A DNA stretch of 32,000 nucleotides, from the sequence record MZ005670.1. One strand, written 5' to 3'. Below are positions 24,573 through 31,493 of this stretch, one piece after another. Within the stretch, counting starts at the first letter, position 1; each line of letters starts with the position of its first letter. The notes beneath the pieces are model-generated. The model did no database searches. It was given only the letters and a program-made list of their open reading frames with translations, and was not told the origin of the DNA. This stretch comes from Microbacterium phage Mandalorian. Made by a program: the position numbers and the translations under genes.

Positions 24573-25505
24573 TTACAGCAGGTCGGCCAGCGGAAGTTCC
24601 ACCGGCTCGGAGTCGGTGGCCTTGTACCACTGCCTCCAGTTTACACCTACCCGCATGACCCCGCCTGCCTTGTTCTTCATGGACTCGCGGAGGAACGGGT
24701 AGATGTCAGGATAGTCTATTGCAGCGTTCTCAATGTCTACCCTACGTGCTTCGGGGTCGGTCGGGTCCAGCGGGATCGTGGTCTCAATGTTTCCGTCCTG
24801 GTCGAATGCTACCACAGGCATCGTGAACCACTGCTGCCCACGGGTCATGACGTCCATGGCGAACGCCACGTCCTCGCCGTGCATGTGGAAGCGCTTAGGC
24901 AGCTCGAAGTTCTCCATCCTGGTCACGTCGTAGAACATGACGCTAGCGGGGAAGGTGCCCTTGTTGAGTGTGGCCCCGATGCTTGTGTCCACGTCTCCGC
25001 TGAAGAGCGCGTTGCGGGCTGCACCATACACAGCGTCGGCCACACTGGAGAAGACGCCGTCAGCGAGACGGCAGGCGACGGCCAGACTGCGCACCAGCAG
25101 CATCGGCTCCTGGATGCCGCTGACCCCGGTGCTGTATCGCCGCGTGTGGTCGGGCTTGCCTTCCCGGGCGATGCGCTCCAGGAGGGACAGGTGCCGGATG
25201 TCATCGTCGAACATTACGATGCGCTCGTAGCCTCTCTCCAGCGCGTCCTCCAGCGCCTGGGTACGTGCTGGCCCCAGCCCCGGCCTGCGGACGAGCACAG
25301 TCGTCGCCCAGGGGTAGTGCTTCTGGTACAGCTTGCGCTCCTCCCGGCGGACCACGATGTGGACCCGGCGCTGCACGCTGGCCGGAGCCGTCTGCAGCAG
25401 GTTCAGGAAGGGTGCTGTGCCCCCTCGGGTGTAGCTGGGCACGTAGATCGGCCATATCCAGCTGGACTTGGCCCGCCTCAGCAGCTTTACATGTTCATTA
25501 CTCAT
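24573..25505 (-). CDS. GT-A-type glycosyltransferase, TAGT-like candidate DNA glycosyltransferase
   Basis: ATG 25505 with GGAGG; 'WPIYVPSYTRGGTAPFLNLLQ', 'GLGPARTQALEDALERGYERIVMFDDDI' (DxD), 'FHMHGEDVAFAMDVMTRG'. Confidence 0.6.
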   Translation of the reverse strand: MSNEHVKLLRRAKSSWIWPIYVPSYTRGGTAPFLNLLQTAPASVQRRVHIVVRREERKLYQKHYPWATTVLVRRPGLGPARTQALEDALERGYERIVMFDDDIRHLSLLERIAREGKPDHTRRYSTGVSGIQEPMLLVRSLAVACRLADGVFSSVADAVYGAARNALFSGDVDTSIGATLNKGTFPASVMFYDVTRMENFELPKRFHMHGEDVAFAMDVMTRGQQWFTMPVVAFDQDGNIETTIPLDPTDPEARRVDIENAAIDYPDIYPFLRESMKNKAGGVMRVGVNWRQWYKATDSEPVELPLADLL

Positions 25506-25722
25506 GGCTCCTCCAGCCATCCCATTCAAACTCGGTACGGGAGTGCCCGACGCGCGAGTACATGCCGTCCCTGGTGCGGACCAGGTCTGCGGGGTTGTTG
25601 GTCTCCCCATAGACGAAGCTCGGTGGCAGCATCTCACGGATGTGGAAGTGGCTGACGCCGTCCTCGAGTGCGATCTCCTTGCCGTGCATGGGACCGCCGA
25701 ACAGCTTGATGTGTTGCGACAC
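25498..25722 (-). CDS. small hypothetical protein (74 aa)
   Basis: GTG start; MSQHIKLFGGPMHGKEIALEDG.. resembles widespread small phage proteins with a 'GGPxxG' start. Confidence 0.6.
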   Translation of the reverse strand: MSQHIKLFGGPMHGKEIALEDGVSHFHIREMLPPSFVYGETNNPADLVRTRDGMYSRVGHSRTEFEWDGWRSHE

Positions 25723-25791
25723 GGGGTGGACTCCCTGATAGTGGTGCTCCCCCTGCCCCGGCTTGTGCAGCAGGACAGGGGGAGACTCGGG

Positions 25792-26076
25792 TTACTTCTT
25801 CTTACGGTGCAGCGCACCCCAGCCCCAGCGGGCACCGGCGACGAAGGCGTCCATGGTGTTCTTGGGCATCTGATCGTTCTTGAACATGTCCAGAGCGATG
25901 GCTTCCGACTCCCGGTTGTAGGCCACGATGTCCGGCTTGGGCTTGCGGATCTGCCACTTGCGGACCGCGTTCAGAGCACCCACGAAGATGGCGAACAGTA
26001 TGATCAGAGCGCCGAGCACGATCATGGCCAGGAAGAACCAGCCGAGGATCGGCAGCACCCAGTCCCAGGGGTTCAC
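25792..26076 (-). CDS. small membrane protein (94 aa)
   Basis: GTG start overlapping the TGA of the TS-like gene (GTGA); one strong TM segment. Confidence 0.55.
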   Translation of the reverse strand: MNPWDWVLPILGWFFLAMIVLGALIILFAIFVGALNAVRKWQIRKPKPDIVAYNRESEAIALDMFKNDQMPKNTMDAFVAGARWGWGALHRKKK

Positions 26077-26888
26077 AGCTCGAAGTCCAGTGTCTCGCCC
26101 GTGCCAGCAGGCTCGGTGCTGTGCGGGTCGCGCTGGGCGCTGGTGTCGCCGTAGCGCTCGGCCTGGTCCAGCCACACACGACGGGCCAGCCGCTCCTCGG
26201 TGTCCTGAGCCGTCTCGTCCAGGAGCTGGAAGTGGCGGGGGTAGACGTGCAGGTTGGCCACCTGGAAGGTGATGTCCCCACGACGCACATCCCGACCCCG
26301 GTTGTTGAGGTCGATGAGCAGGCGCTTCATCAGGTCGTCCCACATGCTGTAGTCCGCACGGTAGCCGAACACGGCGTCCATGCTGCGCATCTGGGCGATG
26401 ATGTGCAGGCGACCGTCTGCGTCCACCATGAAGTTGAGCGCGTTGGTGCAGATGAAGTCGTTGCGCCCGTTGTAGTTGGCCAGCTGATGGATGTCGCGGT
26501 CGCTGATGATGGCCACGGCGTGCCGGGTCTCCAGCCCCTCCTTGAGCAGCGTGATGAGCACGCGGTCGTAGAGCGTGGTGACGCGGGGGAGCAGCTCGTC
26601 GTCCCTGCTGAACAGGATGTGGCCGTAGGCACTGTTCACCGCGCCGTCCCAGCCAGCACACGCCTGGAACAGCTTCGGCACCGGGCCTTCCATGTCGGCG
26701 AGCTTGTTGCTGCCGGAGTTGAACCAGGCCAGCTCACGGCGAACCCAGTCGGGGTTCACGTTGCCGATCATGGACTCGGTGGTTGCCTTCCAGTTCACCG
26801 AGTACAGCACTCGGTTCCCGGTCCGCTCGTCGATGGGTGCGCTGGCAAGGGCCAGCACCACATCATCAACAGTGTTCTGCTTCAGCAT
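26073..26888 (-). CDS. thymidylate-synthase family enzyme; candidate dCMP (hydroxy)methylase
   Basis: 271 aa; 'ELAWFNSGSNKLADM', 'FICTNALNF' (catalytic Cys position), 'MRSMDAVFGYRADYSMWDDL' vs E. coli [20 protein letters not shown], 'LHVYPRHFQLL'. Confidence 0.8.
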   Translation of the reverse strand: MLKQNTVDDVVLALASAPIDERTGNRVLYSVNWKATTESMIGNVNPDWVRRELAWFNSGSNKLADMEGPVPKLFQACAGWDGAVNSAYGHILFSRDDELLPRVTTLYDRVLITLLKEGLETRHAVAIISDRDIHQLANYNGRNDFICTNALNFMVDADGRLHIIAQMRSMDAVFGYRADYSMWDDLMKRLLIDLNNRGRDVRRGDITFQVANLHVYPRHFQLLDETAQDTEERLARRVWLDQAERYGDTSAQRDPHSTEPAGTGETLDFEL

Positions 26889-26921
26889 GTTGTCCTCCTT
26901 GGACTGCTATGGGGTAACTAC

Positions 26922-26951
26922 AGGGTACTGCATGCCGGGGCTGGCGCACAA
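26922..26951 (-). promoter_or_regulatory. promoter-like element TTGTGC-N18-TACCCT upstream of TS-like gene
   Basis: Same -35 as at 13386-13391 and 31236-31241; 33 nt upstream of ATG 26888. Confidence 0.5.
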
Positions 26952-26966
26952 CCCCAACATGAAATT

Positions 26967-27125
26967 CTAGGCACCACAGAGGATGCAGGGCTGGGCCTTG
27001 TTGGGCTTCATGTGGTCACCCCGCTCGCAGGCCTCAGCCGACGCCAGCTTCTTCTCCAGAATGCGGAGCTGAATGTTGGCCTGGTGGATCTCAGCGCGGA
27101 GCGCGTGTGCGGACTTGCGTGCCAT
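26967..27125 (-). CDS. small Cys-containing protein (52 aa), not in the ORF track
   Basis: MARKSAHALRAEIHQANIQLRILEKKLASAEACERGDHMKPNKAQPCILCGA. Confidence 0.6.
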   Translation of the reverse strand: MARKSAHALRAEIHQANIQLRILEKKLASAEACERGDHMKPNKAQPCILCGA

Positions 27126-27136
27126 GATGGGGTTCC

Positions 27137-27343
27137 TTACTTGACGAGGGCCAGGGCCGAAGCCGCTGCGCGCTTGCGGACGTCGTAGCTGCCGGTGTAC
27201 ATAACGTCGGCCAGGTGACCGATCTTGGTGGCGACAGCCTGGGTGACAACCTTGGTCTCAACCGCGTCGGCCAGCAGGCGACGGATAACGCGGCTGTCCT
27301 GGTCGTTGATTGCTGCGATGAGAAGCTTCTTGATGTTGTTCAT
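27137..27343 (-). CDS. small hypothetical protein (68 aa), likely leaderless
   Basis: ATG 6 nt after TATACT. Confidence 0.65.
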   Translation of the reverse strand: MNNIKKLLIAAINDQDSRVIRRLLADAVETKVVTQAVATKIGHLADVMYTGSYDVRKRAAASALALVK

Positions 27344-27349
27344 GACTTC

Positions 27350-27378
27350 AGTATATACCCTTAGTTGAAGTGGCGCAA
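27350..27378 (-). promoter_or_regulatory. promoter-like element TTGCGC-N17-TATACT
   Basis: Family member; -35 lies in GGCGC-tt-GCGCC inverted repeat. Confidence 0.75.
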
Positions 27379-27382
27379 GCGC

Positions 27383-27595
27383 CTACGCAGATTTCATGAA
27401 TATAGCGTGGCCACATGAGAAGGTGTAGAACATGCCCTGCTGGGGCACGCCCGCACAGGTGGCCGTACCGGCTTCGACATCGACGACGACACCGTGGCGC
27501 TGCTGCTGGAACTGAAGCCGGTCGAACGAGCTGGCCGTTGCCAGCCAAGCCCGCTCGACCTGGGTGAGCTTACCTGCGCTGCATGTGATGTCCAT
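27383..27595 (-). CDS. small hypothetical protein (70 aa), likely leaderless
   Basis: ATG 6 nt after TAAGCT. Confidence 0.65.
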   Translation of the reverse strand: MDITCSAGKLTQVERAWLATASSFDRLQFQQQRHGVVVDVEAGTATCAGVPQQGMFYTFSCGHAIFMKSA

Positions 27596-27601
27596 GACTT
27601 C

Positions 27602-27631
27602 AGCTTAGCAGCAGGTTCAGCCTTCCTGCAA
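27602..27631 (-). promoter_or_regulatory. promoter-like element TTGCAG-N18-TAAGCT
   Basis: Family member; -35 embedded in the end of the upstream small gene. Confidence 0.65.
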
Positions 27632-27757
27632 CTCCTCTTCCAGGTAGACCCGTCGCGCCTCGGTGCGCTCGTACTCGGTCAGGTCGCCCCACTGCACGTC
27701 ATCACTCAGGGAGTTGAACCACTTCTTGGTCGCGCTCCAGATGGCCTTGTCGTTCAC
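27617..27757 (-). CDS. small hypothetical protein (46 aa), GTG start, not in the ORF track
   Basis: VNDKAIWSATKKWFNSLSDDVQWGDLTEYERTEARRVYLEEELQEG; RBS AAGGAGG 5 nt upstream. Confidence 0.65.
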   Translation of the reverse strand: MNDKAIWSATKKWFNSLSDDVQWGDLTEYERTEARRVYLEEELQEG

Positions 27758-27776
27758 GTTGCCTCCTTGGTGCTGG

Positions 27777-27798
27777 AGGAGGGGCCGAAGCCCCTCCT
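27777..27798 (-). terminator. UUCG-tetraloop hairpin, terminator-like
   Basis: Minus strand AGGAGGGGC-TTCG-GCCCCTCCT, perfect 9-bp stem, just after the 27804 stop. Confidence 0.7.
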
Positions 27799-27803
27799 GA
27801 GGG

Positions 27804-28016
27804 TTAGTCGAGATCGAAGTGCTCGTTGCTGTAGGCGTAGATGGCCTCTTCCCACTGGCGGAAGGTCAGGGTCGTGGTGCCGTCGGCGTTGACGTTGCGG
27901 AAGAAGTACCCCTCGAACTGGTCGACCTCCTCGGTGGTCCAGTCGTTCTCCAGAAGGTGGTTGCGCACGACGGAGATGGTGGGCTTCACGGTGAGGTTGA
28001 CCTGCTCGTTATACAT
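27804..28016 (-). CDS. small hypothetical protein (70 aa)
   Basis: ORF with RBS AAGGAG and own promoter-like element. Confidence 0.65.
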   Translation of the reverse strand: MYNEQVNLTVKPTISVVRNHLLENDWTTEEVDQFEGYFFRNVNADGTTTLTFRQWEEAIYAYSNEHFDLD

Positions 28017-28044
28017 CTTGACTCCTTGGTTGGTGTGTGACTTC

Positions 28045-28074
28045 AGCTTACACCAAGGGGCTGAAGGTTCGCAA
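28045..28074 (-). promoter_or_regulatory. promoter-like element TTGCGA-N18-TAAGCT
   Basis: Family member; overlaps inverted repeat GGGGCTG/CAGCCCC (28057-28085). Confidence 0.7.
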
Positions 28075-28093
28075 CCCCCAGCCCCGAAGTGTT

Positions 28094-28351
28094 TCAGATG
28101 TACGGGTCGTCGTCCTCGTCGTCAGGCGCTGCATCGCTGATCACGACCTCGCCCCCGTGGTATGCCTGCAAGCTGCCGAAGCCTGCCCCGTAGCGCTGGC
28201 CGTTGGCGACGATCACCTTGGCGTCCTCGCCGAACTGCTGGATGGCATCCTGCACGGCCGACAGCAGGTCAGCCAGCGTGACGTCCGTGTTGATCTGGTC
28301 GGGCGCGTAGCCCTGATTGTCGTTGACCCCGATGAGAACCGTGCTAGCCAT
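28094..28351 (-). CDS. hypothetical protein (85 aa)
   Basis: ATG 28351 with GGGAGG; MASTVLIGVNDNQGYAPDQINTDVTLADLLSAVQDA.. Confidence 0.65.
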   Translation of the reverse strand: MASTVLIGVNDNQGYAPDQINTDVTLADLLSAVQDAIQQFGEDAKVIVANGQRYGAGFGSLQAYHGGEVVISDAAPDDEDDDPYI

Positions 28352-28391
28352 GATGGCCTCCCTGCTAGTGGTGGACTTGCTTAGTGACTTC

Positions 28392-28421
28392 AGCTTATAC
28401 CCTGGGGTGAAGGTTTCGCAA
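28392..28421 (-). promoter_or_regulatory. promoter-like element TTGCGA-N18-TAAGCT
   Basis: Family member; overlaps 9-bp inverted repeat CCTGGGGTG/CACCCCAGG (28401-28434). Confidence 0.7.
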
Positions 28422-28440
28422 CCCCCACCCCAGGCAATGT

Positions 28441-28764
28441 TCACTCGACGGGAACCAGGCTCAGCTCGCCGTTGTTGGGGTAGCGGCCCCGGCCAGTGAA
28501 GACCAGCTCGTACGTAGTGTCACCGATGGTCAGGTGCTCGCCGACGCCGATGCGGGGCTTCGGCTCGGTGTAGTGGGCCGAGATGGTGACCCCGATGAGG
28601 CTGACCTCCGGCTTGCCCGAAGCCGTGGTGCCCTGGGCTGCGTAATACTTGCCCGACAGGTCGACGTAGATGTGGCCGTCAATGCCCGCAATGTTGAAGA
28701 CCTCAGAGGAGAGGTAGGTGACGGGGTAACCGGCCTTGGTGCTGAGGGTGACGATGGTAGCCAT
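28441..28764 (-). CDS. hypothetical protein (107 aa)
   Basis: ORF with GGAGG; beta-rich composition. Confidence 0.65.
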   Translation of the reverse strand: MATIVTLSTKAGYPVTYLSSEVFNIAGIDGHIYVDLSGKYYAAQGTTASGKPEVSLIGVTISAHYTEPKPRIGVGEHLTIGDTTYELVFTGRGRYPNNGELSLVPVE

Positions 28765-28803
28765 TGGGGGCCTCCTGAAGTAGTGGACTTGCTGACATGA
28801 TCA

Positions 28804-28832
28804 ACAATACACACTTCAGAAGACCCCCGCAA
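28804..28832 (-). promoter_or_regulatory. promoter-like element TTGCGG-N17-TATTGT
   Basis: Family member located in the 28764-28834 gap. Confidence 0.6.
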
Positions 28833-28833
28833 C

Positions 28834-29706
28834 TTATTTCTTGAACTGCTCCGGGATCGTCAGATCGAAGCTGCCGTTCCGGACGTAGGGCTGGCCCGTG
28901 CCCTTGTAGCCCTGCTGCACCAGCCGAGCATACTTGCTGTACTCGCAGAAGACGTTCTGCACGTCCATCCAGCTTGCGTGCCTGCCGTTGCTGTCGGGCA
29001 GCGTGGGCAGGCGCTCCACTGGGAAGCTGGTGATCACGTCGACCGCTTCCTTGGGCGTTGCTGGTGTGGCCTTGCCCAGCATCACCCCGACGCCCTTGCG
29101 ACTGCCCGGACCGGCCAGGATGTAGTCATTCTCCTGGTCAGGTTCGCCCCTGGTGTACCCAAGGTCAGTAGCGATCTGCATGGCCAAAAATGGCCCCAGA
29201 CCAGGGGTTTCCTGCAGCAGCATGACCCGTGTCGCCAGGTTGTCGACCTCGGCCACATGACCGATCCAGGGTGCAGCAGCAGGGAACACGTCGCGCATCT
29301 TGTCCACCGTGCCCCGGCTGTCGCCAGGCTTGATCAGGATAATGTACGCCCCGTTCAAGAACGCGCCAGGCCGTGCCTCCACCACGGGGGCGATGACCTT
29401 GTCGTACCACTTCGGATTGAAGATGTCGTCCGCGTCAGGCACGTACCCATCGTTCGCCTCGATGATGTCTGCCATCGTGTCAGGCCGGTTCACCTGTCGG
29501 TACAGGTAGCTGACTGCCAGCCGGTCCAGTGGGTCGCTGAACACGTTCATCAGCTCCAGCAGGTACTGACTGCCCCGGTCAATGACCCGGAACACGTTGG
29601 TGAACTTGCGCTGGGTCAGGATGGGCGACTTGACGGTCTTGCCCTCCCAGAGCCGGTGCCGTGCCTTGGCGAACTTGACCACGGTGTCAACCGATGCCAG
29701 GTTCAT
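28834..29706 (-). CDS. aGPT-PPlase / 5-hmdU DNA kinase helical-domain-like protein (DNA base hypermodification candidate)
   Basis: 'PILTQRKFTNVFRVIDRGSQYLL', 'TPGLGPFLAMQIATDLGYT', 'AGPGSRKGVGVML', 'DVQNVFCEYSKYARL' recapitulate the order of conserved motifs I recall for this family. Confidence 0.6.
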   Translation of the reverse strand: MNLASVDTVVKFAKARHRLWEGKTVKSPILTQRKFTNVFRVIDRGSQYLLELMNVFSDPLDRLAVSYLYRQVNRPDTMADIIEANDGYVPDADDIFNPKWYDKVIAPVVEARPGAFLNGAYIILIKPGDSRGTVDKMRDVFPAAAPWIGHVAEVDNLATRVMLLQETPGLGPFLAMQIATDLGYTRGEPDQENDYILAGPGSRKGVGVMLGKATPATPKEAVDVITSFPVERLPTLPDSNGRHASWMDVQNVFCEYSKYARLVQQGYKGTGQPYVRNGSFDLTIPEQFKK

Positions 29707-30044
29707 TTCCGTTTCCTGCCCTTCTTGGGCTTGGCCTTGCCGTCGGCCGTGATGGCGACCCGAAGCTGCTCGATGACAGTGTCGAAGTCGTCCTGATTCC
29801 ATGCGTCCACAGCGGCCTCCAGCGCTGGCAGCGCGACACGGCAGATGGCGACCTGCGTGGCGTTGCTGGCGCTGGTGTGCTCGTACTTCTCCTGAGCACG
29901 TAGCTGGTGGAACTCCTCACGCTGCAAGTGTGTCAGCGTGTCGGTGATTGCCAGGTGCGCCTCGTCCCCGATGGTGCCCGAGTTGGCGCACTCCAGCAAG
30001 AGCGCGATTGTGATGTGGCCCGTCTGCCTCCGACTTGCGTTCAT
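29703..30044 (-). CDS. hypothetical protein (113 aa), basic C-terminus
   Basis: Tight overlap with neighbours. Confidence 0.6.
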   Translation of the reverse strand: MNASRRQTGHITIALLLECANSGTIGDEAHLAITDTLTHLQREEFHQLRAQEKYEHTSASNATQVAICRVALPALEAAVDAWNQDDFDTVIEQLRVAITADGKAKPKKGRKRK

Positions 30045-30289
30045 GTGATGTCCGCCGTGAAGTACAGGCCGACCACGGTGTTCGGGTCGATCTCAGGGAA
30101 GGCGTTGGCGACCTCGGGGTAGGTCATGACGCGGGGTTCCGGGTCACGGGTCACCCTGGTCAGCCTGGCCTCCTGTGCCAGCGCTTCGAACTTCTGGTCG
30201 GCGGACTGCTGGGCCATCTGGACAGCGCCGCGCGGGTCGTGGTTATACAGCCCCACTTCCACGAAGACGACCTGGTATGCCTGAGGCAT
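30041..30289 (-). CDS. hypothetical protein (82 aa)
   Basis: 4-bp overlap with the downstream gene. Confidence 0.6.
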   Translation of the reverse strand: MPQAYQVVFVEVGLYNHDPRGAVQMAQQSADQKFEALAQEARLTRVTRDPEPRVMTYPEVANAFPEIDPNTVVGLYFTADIT

Positions 30290-30765
30290 CAGTTGACCAT
30301 CCTTCCCACGTTGCGCTCGGCGCTGAAGTAGGCCACGTCAGCAGCCAGGTCGCGGCCCACGGCCTCGATGCGCATCGGTCGGCCTGCCAGGTCCGCCGCA
30401 CGCTGGCGCTCGGCACGCGGAGGCACGACCTCCTTCTCGGTGAGCTGGGCACGGACCTCCTCGGGGATGCTGTGCCACAAGTTCTCCAGCGCCTGCACCA
30501 TGCCCTCGAGCACCGGCTGGAGGGCTTCCTGCAGCGCGACGATGAACTGCTGGATCATCTCGGCCACATACTGACCGATCGCCTCCAGGTCCGCCTGCTC
30601 CTTGGGCGTCAGCTCGCCTCCACCGTGCAGGGTGTCGGCGTAGCCCATCAGCCGGTTGAGCGGGTCCTCGGTGTGCCCAAGGCAGGTCAGCTCGCCCTCC
30701 TCAGGCTCCTGCCAGGTGTGGCCCTCATGCTTCTGCACGTTGGGGCACTGCATCGTGTACTTCAC
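30289..30765 (-). CDS. hypothetical protein (158 aa)
   Basis: N-terminal Cys residues, long helical region. Confidence 0.6.
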   Translation of the reverse strand: MKYTMQCPNVQKHEGHTWQEPEEGELTCLGHTEDPLNRLMGYADTLHGGGELTPKEQADLEAIGQYVAEMIQQFIVALQEALQPVLEGMVQALENLWHSIPEEVRAQLTEKEVVPPRAERQRAADLAGRPMRIEAVGRDLAADVAYFSAERNVGRMVN

Positions 30766-30896
30766 AGTCCGGCCCTTCCTTCCCAGGTGTGCCCTGCCGG
30801 GTCCTCAGCACAGTCCGACGTGTTGTCACGCCCGACGAAGTAGCCGTTCCGGTCCAGGTGCAGCTCTTCTTCGCAGTGATCGCACAGGTACGGCAT
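30762..30896 (-). CDS. small zinc-ribbon-like protein (44 aa), not in the ORF track
   Basis: MPYLCDHCEEELHLDRNGYFVGRDNTSDCAEDPAGHTWEGRAGL; overlaps both neighbours by 1-4 nt. Confidence 0.65.
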   Translation of the reverse strand: MPYLCDHCEEELHLDRNGYFVGRDNTSDCAEDPAGHTWEGRAGL

Positions 30897-31171
30897 CAGG
30901 CACCGACCGAAGTGCGCGCGTAGTTCTCGATGAGCTTGCTGCGGGTGAACTCCCGGAGCTTGCCGACGGTGTGCGGAGCCTTGGGTGCCTTCACGATACG
31001 GAACACACCAGGCGAGCTGAGCGTGGGCAGGGCCACAATCTCGACCTCGCGGTAGCGCGGCTTGGCCAGCTTCCGGCCGTTCTTCCCGAAGCGCTCGGTG
31101 TTCCGAACGTCGACGTCGATCCAGTGCTGCCCGACCTGAATGTCGACACTGTGGTTGATGCTCATGTTCAT
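30896..31171 (-). CDS. hypothetical protein (91 aa), first gene of the minus arm
   Basis: ORF MNMSINHSVDIQVGQHWIDVDVRNTERFGKNGRKLAKPRY...; promoter-like element 41 nt upstream. Confidence 0.65.
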   Translation of the reverse strand: MNMSINHSVDIQVGQHWIDVDVRNTERFGKNGRKLAKPRYREVEIVALPTLSSPGVFRIVKAPKAPHTVGKLREFTRSKLIENYARTSVGA

Positions 31172-31211
31172 CTCCTTGTTCTAAGACCTCCCGAATGAGG
31201 CCCGCTGCACC

Positions 31212-31241
31212 AGTATGCCCTATAGGTAACTAATAGCACAA
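31212..31241 (-). promoter_or_regulatory. promoter-like element TTGTGC-N18-CATACT
   Basis: Family member driving the leftward arm. Confidence 0.6.
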
Positions 31242-31493
31242 CCCTGAACCCTGCATCCCTTATATAAGTACCTATACGCGCGGGCGCGCGCTATCTGAAA
31301 GCTATAAGCACTCTTAGTAGCCTTCCCTGCCCGTCAAGGGCAAGGGAAGGTGGGTAATGGAGGGGGAGAGGCCGCACCACACTCACGACGGCGCTGAACC
31401 CATAGCACTCGCAGTGACGAACCCTCGGCACGCGCCGGAGGCGCTGCTCGGGTCCGCCATCGTGACCCTTATCGCTGCCCTGTACTGTCGCGC

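Noticed and set aside
26121-27188. 355-aa plus-strand ORF
   Set aside because: Antisense of the TS-like gene and extends through intergenic promoter sequence.
22762-29706. TET/JBP-type dioxygenase expected beside a TAGT glycosyltransferase
   Set aside because: I looked for a 2OG-Fe(II) dioxygenase HxD...H pattern in the neighbouring minus-strand products and saw none; it could lie outside the window.
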